Source: Phyllobates terribilis
Taxonomy: Eukaryota
NCBI RefSeq assembly: GCF_046119375.1
Contig: NW_027362773.1
Span: forward strand, 162,254,001-162,318,000
Direction of reading: 5' to 3'
Length of the DNA stretch: 64,000 nt
Shown here: one piece after another, positions 51,222 to 64,000 of the stretch
Position numbering within the stretch: position 1 is the first letter of the stretch
Layout: every line of letters begins with the position of its first letter
Program-made: the position numbers and the translations under genes
Notes under the pieces: generated by a model
The model's database searches: none
Seen by the model: the letters and a program-made list of their open reading frames with translations, nothing else
What the model was told of the DNA's origin: nothing

Positions 51222-51629
51222 GTACTGCCGTCCCAGTAATGGTGACGCCGTGTGGTGTAAGCCGCCGTCCTCTGAATAACACGGTCAAATCTGCTTGTTA
51301 GGGTGATCTTACCTAATGGTGAGCAGCGCCAAACCCCAACTACTGCCCCAGAAAGCTCCTAATATCAAAATCATATCAAAAAGTCTTTAAGAGAGTAATC
51401 TCTTATTTATATTCATTATCTCTATGCAAAAATGGCTGAAAAAGAACAATCCCCCATCTGGAGACCACGCATGTCCATGTATTCAGCTGAAAGCCCATTT
51501 ATTTGAATGGGCCCTGTGTAATGCTTCATTTCCCCCGTGGTGGCGCTGCAGGGAAACAGAACACTTGCATTTTGATTCTCCGATGGATCACAGATATTCG
51601 GGTCCCAACAGCAGGACCCCCGCGATATA

Positions 51630-51636
<7 letters not shown>

Positions 51637-51672
<36 letters not shown>
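51637..51672. repeat. (TA)n microsatellite
   Basis: Direct reading. Confidence 0.9.
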
Positions 51673-51676
<4 letters not shown>

Positions 51677-51688
51677 CATACATATATA

Positions 51689-54600
51689 CAGTGGGTGTGG
51701 AAAGTCTTCAGACCCCTTTACATTTTTCACTCTTTGTTTCATTGCAGACATTTGGTAAATTCTAAAAAGTTTATTTTTTTCCTCATTAAAGTACACTCTG
51801 CTCCCCATCTTTACTGAAAAAAACCCAGAAATTTTTGCAAATTTATTAAAAAAAGAAAAACTGAAATCTCACATGGTCATAAGTATTCAGACCCTTTGCT
51901 CAGACACTCATATTAAAGTCGCATGCTGTCCATTTCCTTGTGATCCTCCTGGAGATGGTTCTACTCCTTCATTGGAGTCCAGCTGTGCTTAATTAAACTG
52001 ATAGGACTTGATTTGGAAAGGCACACACCTGTCTATATAAGACCTCACAGCTCACAGAGAATGTCAGACCAAATGAGAATCATGAGCTCAAAGGAACTGC
52101 CCAAGGAGCTCAGAGACAGAAGTGTGGCAAGGCACAGATCTGGCCAAGGTTACAAAAGAATTTATTGGTCGACCATGACATCACCACGAGAGAGGGGATT
52201 TGCCCACCAAGGACAGGAAACCTACAAGCTTCAAAGGGGGCAGCCCTCTATCTTGCCTCAGTAACTGGATCCTTGATCTGATAGGTTCGGGTCTGAGGTT
52301 CGAGTTCCAGGCGATTCCTCGTGGGAGATTCATCTTGACCCCGGTCTGTTCCTCAGTGTCAGAGCAGCCGGCCCTACAAAAGGAAGTCCTGGACTTAGTT
52401 CATAAAGCAGTCCCGGTGGAAGTCCTGGACTTAGTTCATAAAGCAGTCCCGGTGGAAGTCCCGGCATCTGAAAGAAGGCTAGGTTTCTACTCGCCTCACT
52501 TTTTGGTCTCTAAGCCGGACTGTTCTTTTAGGTGTATCATTATCTTAAAAGTCCTTAATAAGTTCTTGATAGTTCCCACCTTTTAAAATGGAATCTGTGA
52601 AATCAACAATAAAGTTGCTGTTTTCAGGCAGTTACATGGTAATATTAGATGTAAAAGACGCCTATTACCGTGTAGCTATCCATAAGGATTACCAAAAATA
52701 CCTTAGGGTGGCCTTGATCATTGATGGGGAAATCAAGCATTTCCAGTATAGGGCCCTGCCATTCGGTCTGGCCATAGCTCCCCGGGGTATTTACTAAGGT
52801 GATAGCAGAGGTCATGGCTCATGTCAGGGAATGTGATATTCTAATTATCCTTTATCTGGATGATTTCTTGATAGTTGGAAATTCTGCCTCCCAATGTAAT
52901 AAACACCTAAAAGAAGTGGTCACCATCTTAGAGAGTCTGGGCTGGATTCTGAATCTGAAAAAAATCTAGGTTAGTGGCATCGAAAGTTCAGCAGTTTTTA
53001 GGTATTATGCTGGATTCAGATTTTCAAGTATGTTACCTCCCGGAAGCCAAGAAAGAAAGGGTTAAAAATCTGGCGAAAAATGCAATATCAAATCCGATCA
53101 TGTCCCTTAGAGCGGCAATGTCCCTGTTGGGTACCCTGACATCATGTTTTCCTGGGGTTCTATGGGCACAATACCAAGTTTTGTTGAAGGGGCACCTGGA
53201 AGGGAAAATATCCTTGTCACCCCGGTCGGTTGAGACTTTACAGTGGTGGGTGAATGAGGTGAACCTATCTCGAGGAGTTCCCTGGGTGCTTAGAGTCACT
53301 AGAACAATTAACACCGATGCTAGTCCCAGTGGGTGGGGAGCTCATCTGGGGGATATGGTAGCCCAGGGGTCCTGGTCGAATAGTGAAAAGGGTCTCTTCT
53401 CCAACGCTAAAGAGCTGCTAGCAGTAGACAAGGCGGTTAATCATTTCTTATCTTTCCTCCAAGATAAGAACGTAAAGATCCTTTCGGATAATAGAATTGC
53501 GGTAGCCTACGTAAACCACCATGTGAGTGAAGGATCATCTTTTTCCGATCACGTAATGTCATCTCCTTTCCTTAACGGCTCTTCACATAAGAGGAAAAGA
53601 AAATACAAAAGCAGACTACTTAAGCCGCTATCCTCTGAGGCAGGGAGAATGGGAACTAAAACAGGACGTTTTCTCCTAAATAGTCCGAAGATGGGGGCTC
53701 TCAGTGGTGGACCTGTTTGCCACAAGACTAAATCGAAAGGCAAGGCTCTTCTGCTCCCTAAATCCCAGAGAAAATCCCCTGGCAGTGGACGCTCTCCTAT
53801 TACCTTGGGATTTCAGCTTGACCTATGCCATTCCTCCGTTGACTCTTCTTCCCATGGTCATAAGGAAGATCAGAGAGGACAAGGCGAGGGTTCTGCTGGT
53901 CGCACCCTTTTGGCCCAGGAGGCCCTGGTTCTCATGCTTGAGGAGCATGTCCATCTCCGATCTTTGTGTCCTGCCCGAGATTCCGAATCTCCTCATCCAC
54001 GGTCCAATAGTCCATCCTCAAGCATCTGGCCTCCACTTGACGGTATGGAACTTGAAAGGTCGCTGTTGAAACAAAAAGGGCCTAGTAGCTACGCTAATGG
54101 CGTAGCAGAAAACCTATTACAACTAGAATTTATGCTAGAACCTGGAAGAAGTTTTTGTCCTTTTCCGGTTTTACAGTTGGTGAGGAGGCACCAATTGCTA
54201 AAATTTTAGGGCCTTGAGCTAGGGTTAGCCACCAGTACCCTAAAAGTTCAAGTTTCTGCCTTAGGTGCCCTATATAACTGCGATCTGGCGGGCAATTATT
54301 GGGTTTCTCGTTTTATCAAAGCTGTGTTTGGACCCAGGCCCATCATCAAAAGCAAATTACTGCCCTGGGATCTAAATTTGGTTCTAAATGCCTTGACTAG
54401 CTCGCCCTTTGAGCCAATAGATTTAGCGACCCTTAAATCTCTCTCCCTTAAAACAGCGCTACTAATAGCTCTAACATCGGCTAGGTGGATTGGTGATATT
54501 CAGGCTGTATCTTCGGATGATAGAGTAATTCTTAAACCTGATCCCGCTTATCTCCCTAAGGTAGCTTCCCGATTCCACAGACTCCAAGAAGTAATCTTAC

Positions 54601-56554
54601 CCTCTTTCTGTCCTAATCCGAGTAACCAGAAGCAGAGTTTCATACGTTAGACGTACGGAGATGTGTGACTAGGTACCTCTCGGTCACCAAAAACTTTAGG
54701 AGAGATAGTTCTTTGTTCATATCTTACCAAGGGGTTAGGAAGGGGTTTAAGTTTACAAAGTCCACCATAGCTAGATGGATTAGGGAGACCATTTCTTTAG
54801 CTTATGCGTCCAGCGGTGAGGAAGTGCCACGAGGGTTGAACGCTCACTCCACCCGTGCTGTGGAGACCTCTTGGGCGGAGAAGACTGGGGTCTCCATATA
54901 GGACATATGTAAGGCTGCTACCTGGTTCTCTCCCTCTACTTTCAATAGGCACTATAGACTGGACATGGGTGTTTCATCTGACCTCAACTTTAGGAGAAGG
55001 GTGCTCCAGGCGGTGGTCCCTCCCTAGACTGCTTCATCTCTGCAATTCTCTCGTGGTGCTGTCATGGTCGACCAATAAAGTCATAAGTTACCTACCGGTA
55101 ACGGGATTTTTCGGATACCAGGACAGCACCCTTATATTCCCTCCCTTCACGTTTGTGGGAGCACTCCTTGTTTATTAATTAGAAATTTCACACTTAATTG
55201 GTGATGTATAAAATGTTAGTTTTGTGGTTGTTTGCTTTGTTTTCTAACTTGGCAGTCCTCTCAATGCTCTGTAATCCAAACTGAGGCGAGAGAGAGGGCC
55301 GTCCCCTTTTAAGCCTGTAGGTTTCCTGTCCTTGGTTGCGCAGATCCCCTCTCTCGTGGTGCTGTCATGGTCTCCGAAAAATACTGTTACCAGTAAGTAA
55401 CTTATGACTTTCTGCATTACTCAAGGTTCCCAAGAGCACAGTGGCCTCAATAATCCTTAAATGGAAGAAGTTTGGGACCACCAGAAGTCTTCCCAGACCT
55501 GGCCATCCAGCCAAACTGAGCAATCGTGGGAAAAGAGCCTTGGTGAGAGAGGTAAAGAAGAACCCCAAGATCTCTGTGGCTGAGCTCCAGAGATGCAGTA
55601 GGGAGATGGGAGAAAGTTCCACAAAGTCAACTATCACTGCAGCCCTCCACCAGTCGGGCCTTTATGGCAGAGTGGCTCGACGGAAGCCTCTCCTCAGTGC
55701 AAGACATATGAAAGCCCGCATAGAGTTTGCTCAAAAACACATGAAGGACTCCCCGACTATGAGAAATAAGATTCTCTGGTCTGATGAGACGAAGATAGAA
55801 CTTTTTGGTGATAATTCTAAGCGGTATGTGTGGAGAAAACCAGGCACTGCTCATCACCTGCCCAATACAATCCCAACAGTGAAACATGGTGGAGGCAGCA
55901 TCATGCTATGGGGGTGTTTTTCAGCTACAGGGACAGGACGACTGGTTGCAATTGAAGGAAACATGAATGCGGCCAAGTACAGAGATATCCTGGATGAAAA
56001 CCTCTTCCAGAGTGCTCTGGACCTCAGACTTGGCCGAAGGTTCACCTTCCAACAAGACAATGACCTTAAGCAGACAGCTAAAATAACAAAGGAGTGGCTT
56101 CAGAACAACTCTGTGACCATTCTTGACTGGCCCAGCCAGAGCCCTGACCTAAACCCAAGTGAGCATCTCTGGAGAGACCTGAAAATGGCCGTCCACCAAC
56201 GTTCACCATCCAACCTGACAGAGGATCTGCAAGGAAGAATGGCCGAGGACCCCCAAATCCAGGGGTGAAAAACTTGTTGCATCATTCCCAAGAAGACTCA
56301 TGGCTGTACTAGCTCAAAAGGGGGCTTCTACTGAATACCGAGCAAAGGGTCTGAATACTTATGACCATGTGAGATTTCAGTTTTTCTTTTTTAATAAATT
56401 TGCAAAAATTTCTACATTTCTGTTTTTTTTTCAGTCAAGATGGGGTGCAGAGTGTACTGTAAGGAGAAAAAAATGAACTTTTTAGAATTTACCAAATGGC
56501 TGCAATGAAACAAAGAGTGAAAAATGTAAAGGGGTCTGAATACTTTCCGTACCC

Positions 56555-56558
<4 letters not shown>
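51689..56558 (+). mobile_element. Tc1 transposon (about 215-bp IR/DR TIRs) split by a DIRS insertion
   Basis: CAGTGGGT..GGAAAGT.TTCAGACCCCT termini; transposase 52082-52163 rejoins in frame to 55412-56268 (WSDETK, FQQDND, SPDLNPSE); small deletion near 56220. Confidence 0.93.
52161..55411 (+). mobile_element. DIRS1-type tyrosine-recombinase retrotransposon, gag-deleted and degenerate
   Basis: RT fragments (LDVKDAYY, YRALPFGL, YLDD at about 52855), RNase H TDASPSGWGAH, VDLFAT (MT-like) region, YR with HSTRA; inverted terminal repeats; ICR at about 55063-55116; TTT at both junctions and no TSD. Confidence 0.93.

Positions 56559-56596
<38 letters not shown>
56557..56596. repeat. (TG)n microsatellite between two Tc1 elements
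   Basis: Direct reading. Confidence 0.9.
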
Positions 56597-56602
<6 letters not shown>

Positions 56603-59513
56603 CACTACTCAAAAAAATAAAGGGAACACTCAAATAACACATCCTAGATCTGAATGAATGAAATATTCTCATTGAATACTTTGTTCTGTAGAAAGCTGAA
56701 TGCGCTGACAACAAAATCACACAAAAATCATCAATGGAAATCACATTTATTAACCAATGGAGGCCTGGATTTGGAGTCACCCCCAAAATTAAAGTGGAAA
56801 AACACACTACAGGCTGATCCAACTTTGATGTAATGTCCTTAAAACAAGTCAAAATGAGGCTGAGTATTGTGTGTGGCCTCCACGTGCCTGTATGACCTCC
56901 CTACAACACCTGGGCATGCTCCTGATGAGGCTGAGTATTGTGTGTGGCCTCCACGTGTCTGTATGACCTCCCTACAATGCCTGGGCATGCTCCTGATGAG
57001 GCTGAGTATTGTGTGTGGCCTCCACGTGCCTGTATGACCTCCCTACAACGCCTGGGCATGCTCCTGATGAGGCTGAGTATTGTGTGTGGCCTCCACGTGC
57101 CTGTATGACCTCCCTACAACGCCCGGGCATGCTCCTGATGAGGCTGAGTATTGTATGTGGCCTCCACGTGCCTGTATGACCTCCCTACAACGCCTGGGCA
57201 TGCTCCTGATGAGGCTGAGTATTGTGTCTGGCCTCCACGTGCCTTTATGACCTCCCTACAACGCCTGGGCATGCTCCTGATGAGGCTGAGTATTGTGTGT
57301 GGCCTCCACGTGCCTGTATGACCTCCCTACAACGCCTGAGCATGCTCCTGATGAGGCTGAGTATTGTGTGTCGCCTCCACGTGCCTGTATGACCTCCCTA
57401 CAACGCCTGGGCATGCTCCTGATGAGGCTGAGTATTGTGTGTGGCCTCCACGTGCCTGTATGACCTCCCTACAACGCCTGGGCATGCTCCTGATGAGGCT
57501 GAGTATTGTGTGTGGCCTCCACGTGCCTGTATGACCTCCCTACAACGCCTGGGCATGCTCCTGATGAGGCTGAGTATTGCGTGTGGCCTCCACGTGCCTG
57601 TATGACCTCCCTACAACGCCTGGGCATGCTCCTGATGAGGCTGAGTATTGTGTGTGGCCTCCACGTGCCTGTATGACCTCCCTACAACGCCCGGGCATGC
57701 TCCTGATGAGGCTGAGTATTGTATGTGGCCTCCACGTGCCTGTATGACCTCCCTACAATGCCTGGGCATGCTCCTGATGAGGCTGAGTATTGTGTGTGGC
57801 CTCCACGTGCTTTTATGACCTCCCTACAACGCCTGGGCATGCTCCTGATGAGGCTGAGTATTGTGTGTGGCCTCCACGTGCCTGTATGACCTCCCTACAA
57901 CGCCTGGGCATGCTCCTGATGAGGCTGAGTATTGTGTGTGGCCTCCACGTGCCTGTATGACCTCCCTACAACGCCTGGGCATGCTCCTGATGAGGCTGAG
58001 TATTGTGTGTGGCCTCCACGAGCCTGTATGACCTCCCTACAACGCCTGGGCATGCTCCTGATGAGGCTGAGTATTGTGTGTGGCCTCCACGTGCCTGTAT
58101 GACCTCCCTACAACGCCTGGGCATGCTCCTGATGAGGCTGAGTATTGTGTGTGGCCTCCACCTGCCTGTATGACCTCCCTACAACGCCTGGGCATGCTCC
58201 TAATGAGGCTGAGTATTGTGTGTGGCCTCCACGTGCCTGTATTACCTCCCTACAACGCCTGGGCATGCTCCTGATGAGGTTGCGGATGGTCTCCTGTGGG
58301 ATCTCCTCCCAGACCTGGACTAAAGCATCCGCCAACTCCTGGACAGTCTGTGGTGTAACGTGACGTTGGTGGATGGAGCGAGACATGATGTCCCAGATGT
58401 GCTCAATCGGATTCAGGTCTGGGGAACGGGCGGCCAGTCCATAGCTTCAATGCCTTCATCTTGCAGGAACTGCTGACACACTCCAGCCACATGAGGTCTG
58501 GCATTGTTCTGTATTAGGAGGAACCCAGGGCCAACCGCACCAGCATATGGTCTCACAAGGGGTCTGAGGATCTCATCTCGGTACCTAATGGCAGTCAGGC
58601 TACCTCTGGAGAGCACATGGAGGGCTGTGCGGCCCTCCAAAGAAATGCCACCCCTCACCATTACTGACTCATTGCCAAACCGGTCATGCTGAAGGATGTT
58701 GCAGGCAGCAGATCGCTCTCCACGGAGTCTCCAGACTCTGTCACGTCTGTCACATGTGCTAAGTGTGAACCTGCTTTCATCTGTGAAGAGCACAGGGCGC
58801 CAGTGGCAACTTTGCCAATCCTGGTGTTCTGTAGCAAATGCCAAGCGTCCGGCACGGTGTTGGGCTGTGAGCACAACCCCCATCTGTGGACGTCGGGCCC
58901 TCATACCACCCTCATGGAGTCGGTTTCTAACCGTTTGTGCAGACACATGCACATTTGTGGCCTGCTGGAGGTCATTTTGCAGGGCTCTGGCAGTGCTCCT
59001 CCTGTTACTCCTTGCACAACTGCGGAGGTAGCGGTCCTGCTGCTGGGTTGTTGCCCTCCTATGGCCCCCTCCACGTCTCCTGGTGTACTGGCCTGTCTCC
59101 TGGTAGCGCCTCCAGCCTCTGGACACTACACTGACAGACACAGCAAACCTTCTTGCCACAGCTCACATTGCTGTGCCATCCTGAATGAGCTGCACTACCT
59201 GAGCAACTTCTGTGGATTGTAGAGTCCGTCTCATGCTACCACGAGTGTGAAAACACAACCAACATTCAAAAGTGACCAAAACATCAGCCAGAAAGCATTG
59301 GTACTGAGATGTGGTCTGTGGTCCCCACCTGCAGAACCACTCCTTTATTGAGGGTGTCTTGATAATTGCCAATAATTTCCATCTATTGTCTATTCCATTT
59401 GCACAACAGCATGTGAAAGTGATTGTCAATCAGTGTTGCTTCCTAAGTGGACAGTTTGATTTCACAGAAGTTTATTTCACAGAAGTTTGATTTACTTGGA
59501 GTTATATTCTGTT
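56603..59513 (-). mobile_element. Tc1 copy A2 (same family as 12182-14396), one TIR missing, with internal 71-bp array
   Basis: TA|CACTACTCAAAAAAATAAAGGGAACACT; near-identical transposase with the same 1-bp deletion plus a CGA>TGA stop at about 59163. Confidence 0.94.
56856..58276. repeat. 71-bp tandem array (about 20 copies) inside Tc1 copy A2
   Basis: Same unit as 12435-13145. Confidence 0.95.
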
Positions 59514-60396
59514 GCTGAAGCATCCCCAGATCATCACCGATCCTCCACCATATTTCACAGTGGGTGCAGACACTGTGGCTTGTTCGCCTCTCCAGGTCTC
59601 TGTCTAACCATTAGACGACCAGGTGTTGGGCAAAGCTGAAAATTAGACTCATCAGAGAAGATGACCTTACTCCAGTCCTCTATGTTCCAATCCTTATGGT
59701 CTTTGGCACTCTTCAGCCTGGCTCTCCTTAGCTTCTCATTGATGAAAGGCTTTTTTCTAGCTTTACATGACTTGAGGCCTCTAGGAGCCCGTTATGAACT
59801 GTTATTGCCGTGCTCTTCACCCCGGCTGCCATTTGCCATTCCTTTTGTAGGTCACTTGATGTCATCCTGCGGTTACTGAGTGACATTGGAATAAGATGAC
59901 GGTCATCCCGGTCAGTGGAGAGTCGCTCTCGCCCTCTGCCGGTCTGTAGCTTTGTTGTCCCCAATGTCTGCTGCTTGACCTTGTTGTAATGGACTGCCGT
60001 CTTCCAAATTTTAAGGATGGAGGCAACATGACGCTCCCTGTATCCCTCTGCTAGTAAAGCCAGAATTGAGCCCTTCTTTTCCTCACTGAAGACTTTTCTT
60101 TTCAACTCCTTTGGCATGGTTACAAGTTATTTTTTCATTTAAATTACTTTTGGGCCGTTCCTAGCACTTGTTTTGCCATCCAGCTTGTCCTATTGCAAGA
60201 GGATTGTGAAGAGCACAGCAGGGTTTTTATACTTTCCCTCGTTACATAAGATTTGGTTCAGGTGATCACCTAATCAGAAGCACATTAAGGAGAAGGAGGT
60301 GGACGGTGGTTGGAATTCAGCTGACACCGGAATGGAACGGCTGAAGACATGTAGAGAAAACTGGGCTGTGGTCTCTTAATTTTTGCCAGAGCTGTG
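59514..60396 (-). mobile_element. Truncated Tc1-like element (5' part of a transposase)
   Basis: MPKELKRKVFSEEKKGSILALLAEGY...GRGRERLSTDRDDRHL paired-type HTH; terminus ...TTAATTTTTGCCAGAGCTGTG followed by TA. Confidence 0.8.
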
Positions 60397-60408
60397 TATA
60401 TATACATA

Positions 60409-62059
60409 CAGTTATATGAAAAAGTTTGGGCACCCCTATTAATCTTAAGCTTAATGTTTTATAAAAATTGGTGTTTTTGCAGCAGCTATTTCAGTTTGAT
60501 CTATGTAATAACTGTTGGACACAGTAATGTTTCTGCCTTGAAATGAGGTTTATTGTACTAACAGAAAATGTGCAATCTGCATTCAAACAAAATTTGACAG
60601 GTGCATAAGTATGGGCACCTCAGCAGAAAAGTGACATTAATATTTAGTAGATCCTCCTTTTGCAAAAATAACAGCCTCTAGTCGCTTCCTGTAGCTTTTA
60701 ATGATTTCCTGGATCCTGGATGAAGGTATTTTTGACCATTCCTCTTTACAAAACAATTCCAGTTCAGTTAAGTTTGATGGTCGCCGAGCATGGACAGCCC
60801 TCTTCAAATGATCCCACAGATGTTCAATGATATTCAGGTCTGGGGACTGGGATGGCCATTCCAGAACATTGTAATTGTTCCTCTGCATGAATGCCTGAGT
60901 AGATTTGGAGCGGTGTTTTGGATCATTGTCTTGCTGAAAGATCCATCCCCTGCGTAACTTCAACTTTATCACTGATTCTTGAACATTATTGTCAAGAATC
61001 TGCTGATACTGAGTGGAATCCATGCATCCCTCAACTTTAACAAGATTCCCGGTGCCGGCATTGGCCACACAGCCCCAAAGCATGATGGAACCTCCACCAA
61101 ATTTTACTGTGGGTAGCAAGTGTTTTTCTTGGAATGCTGTGTTTTTTTGCCGCCATGCATAACGCCTTTTTGTATGACCAAACAACTCAATCTTGGTTTC
61201 ATCAGTCCACAGGATCTTCTTCCAAAAAGAAATTTGGCTTCTCCAAATGTGCTTTTGCATACCTCAGCCGACTCTGTTTGTGGCGTGCTTGCAGAAACGG
61301 CTTCTTTCGCATCACTCTCCCATACAGCTTCTCCTTGTGCAAAGTGCGTTGTATAGTTGACCGATGCACAGTGACACCATCTGCAGCAAGTTGATGCTGC
61401 AGCTCTCTGGAGGTGGTCTGAGGATTGTCCTTGACTGATCTCACCATTCTTCTTCTCTGCCTTTCTGATGTTTTTCTTGGCCTGCCACTTCTGGCCTTAA
61501 CAAGAACTGTCCCTGTGTTCTTCCATTTCCTTACTATGTTCCTCACAGTGGAAACTGACAGGTTAAATCTCTGAGACAGCTTTTTGTATCCTTCCCCTGA
61601 ACAACTATGTTGAATAATCTTTGTTTTCAGATCATTTGACAGTTGTTTTGAGGAGCCCATGATGCCACTCTTCAGAGGAGATTCAAACAGGAGAACAACT
61701 TGCAAGTGGCCACTTTAAGTAGCTTTTCTCATGATTGCATACACCTGGCTATGAAGTTCAAAGCTCAATGAGGTTACAAAACCAAAAAAAGTGCTTTAGT
61801 AAGTCAGTAAAAAGTAGGTAGGAGTATTTAAAGCAAGAAAATGATAAGGGTGCCCATACTTATGCACCTGTCAAATTTTGTTTGAATGCAGATTGCACAT
61901 TTTCTGTTAGTACAATAAACCTCATTTCAAGGCAGAAACATTACTGTGTCCAACAGTTATTACATAGATCAAACTGAAATAGCTGCTGCAAAAACACCAA
62001 TTTTTATAAAACATTAAGCTTAAGATTAATAGGGGTGCCCAAACTTTTTCATATAACTG
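60409..62059 (-). mobile_element. Young Tc1 transposon, 211-bp TIRs, transposase 61660-60637 with one +1 frameshift
   Basis: TIRs 60409-60619 and 61849-62059 read as identical; TA TSD; WTDETK, FQQDNDPKH and SPDLNIIE (DD34E) intact. Confidence 0.96.
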
Positions 62060-62469
62060 TATATGTAAGCTGACCACAGCACGACCCCTGTTCAACACTT
62101 TTCTTTTCTTCATGGCCAGCCTGTTTTACTTTGCTTGTGTTATATCCTGCATCTGGCCCAATTTGTACTTATCTGATACACATGGGTCAGAGGACTCTCC
62201 CCTCTCCTTAAAACCTGAATGCGTTTGCTCGCATATATATTGTGAAGACTAAGTCTGCTGACGCAGTCTGGCCAGTGTGTATCACCAACTGTGATTCATA
62301 CAAGGGTGACATTGAATTACACCTGAATTGAACCTGAAGGGAACTGAAGCAAACTGGATACCCAGGCAAAATAAACAATGCTTCTGTTTGTTTTCACTCT
62401 CTCCCTTTATAGTCCTCCACTTTCTACTAACCCCCTTAATCCCTACACCTAGTAAGGAACTCTTCATCT

Positions 62470-64000
62470 CTCCCTCCATCCTCCCCATTCATCTCACCTC
62501 CTCCTCTGTGTGCAACAAACTTTCCTACATCCACAATCTTTTCATTACTTACAAACTTTCCTTCCTAGCCATCACTGAAACCTGGCACACCCTCTCTGAC
62601 ACGGCATCTCCAGCAGCACTTTCATATGGTGGATTCCACCTTTCCCACAACTCTCCCCCGCTCCAACAGCAAGAATGGTGGAGGAGTAGGTTTTCTTCTG
62701 TCAGACAACTGCTCCTTCACCCATATGCCACTGCCACCCTCCATTACTCTCCCCTCTTTTGAGGTGCATTCTGTGCGCATCTATTCCCTCTCCCACTTCC
62801 AACTGGCCGTCATTTACCACCCCCGGGACCAGCCACTTCTTTCTTCGACCACTTCACCACCTGGCTGCTTCATTTCCTTTCCTCTGACATCCCCATTATC
62901 ATCATGGGTGACTTTAACATCCCCATTGACACTTTCCACTCATCTGTCTCTAAGCTGCTATCCCTCACTTCCTCCTTCGTCCTTGCTCAATGGTCTTCTA
63001 ACCCCACTCACAAAGATGGCCACACTCTGGACCTCATGTTCACCCGCCTCTGTTCCCTATCTAACCTCTCTATCTCTCCTATCCCTCTTTCTGACCACAA
63101 CCTCCTCACATTCTCTACCCTCTCCTCTCCAGGGCTACAATCCGCACTCCACAAACTTGCACACCCTGGCAGAAATCTCAAACACCTTGACCTACACTCA
63201 CTCTCTGAATCCGTACCCCCTCTTACAGACATAAGTCCCTTACACAATGCAGATGCAGCTGCCACTTTATATAACACCGCAACAGCTTCAGCTCTCGATT
63301 CGGTCGCCCCTCTGACACATACCAAAGCTCGCACACTCAACAGGCAACCCTGGCTTCAACCTGACTAAAGAATTGCGACGGGCCTCCAGGGTTGCTGAGC
63401 GGAGATGGAAAAGGTCCCACTCCAACGAGCACTTCATCACATTCAAACAGTCCCTCACTATTTTCAAGTCCCCACTCACTGCAGCAAAACAAACCTACTT
63501 CTCATCTCTCATATCCTCCCTGTCTCACAACTCTAAACAGCTATTCAACACTTTTAATTCTCTGCTCCGGTCCCCAGTGCCTCCTCCCTCTCCTCTCATC
63601 TCAGCCGACGACTTTGCCTCATTCTTCAAGCAGAAGATTGACACCATCAGACGAAGCTTTCGCCTAAAGTCCCCACAGCCCCTCCTCATATCTACTCAAC
63701 CCTACTCCTCCAAAACCAGCTTCTCCACCATTACAGAAGATCAAGTTTCCTCTTTACTCTCCAAATCACACCTCACCACCTGCAAACTTGACCCAATCCC
63801 GTCCCACCTCATCCCTAACCTTACCACTATCTTCATCCCAGCCCTAGCCCACCTTTTCAACCTGTCACTAACAACTGGTGTCTTCCCCTCATTTTTGAAA
63901 CATGCCTCAATCACACCCATCCTCAAAAAGCCCTCCCTTGACCCATCCTCTCTGACTAGCTACCGCCCCATATCACTTCTCCCCTATGCCTCAAAACTAC
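62470..64000 (+). mobile_element. L2/CR1-clade LINE ORF2 (APE endonuclease and start of RT), degenerate, runs off the window
   Basis: LAITETW, GGGVGFLL, IMGDFNI, HKDGHTLDL, SDHNLL, then ITPILKKPSLDPSSLTSYRPISLLP; frameshifts and a stop. Confidence 0.93.

Overview
Eukaryotic (vertebrate, most likely anuran by inference from the TE families and protein divergence) genomic DNA; about half is tandem repeat or transposon. I could reconstruct a complete 13-exon MTCH2 gene on the minus strand (ATG 45745 to stop 6918, 296 aa, all GT-AG). Head-to-head with it are the first five coding exons of AGBL2/CCP2 on the plus strand (46063-51221), sharing a roughly 320-bp bidirectional promoter. The 27-kb MTCH2 intron 1 holds two unusual items. 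The first is an antisense, single-coding-exon secreted phospholipase A2 (20743-21384) with a group X-type 16-Cys pattern, a furin propeptide, intact catalytic residues and an extra highly basic C-terminal tail. The second is a 14.9-kb Tc1 transposon (30321-45221) inflated by about 380 copies of a 30/31-bp unit from its own TATA-containing 5' region, into which a second Tc1 inserted. Other elements: two sibling Tc1 copies sharing a frameshift and an internal 71-bp array, a Tc1 split by a gag-less DIRS retroelement with a readable circular-junction ICR, a nearly intact Tc1 with apparently perfect 211-bp TIRs, an L2-type LINE, a hAT MITE and many minisatellites. All coordinates and copy numbers were read by eye; copy numbers are length/unit estimates.
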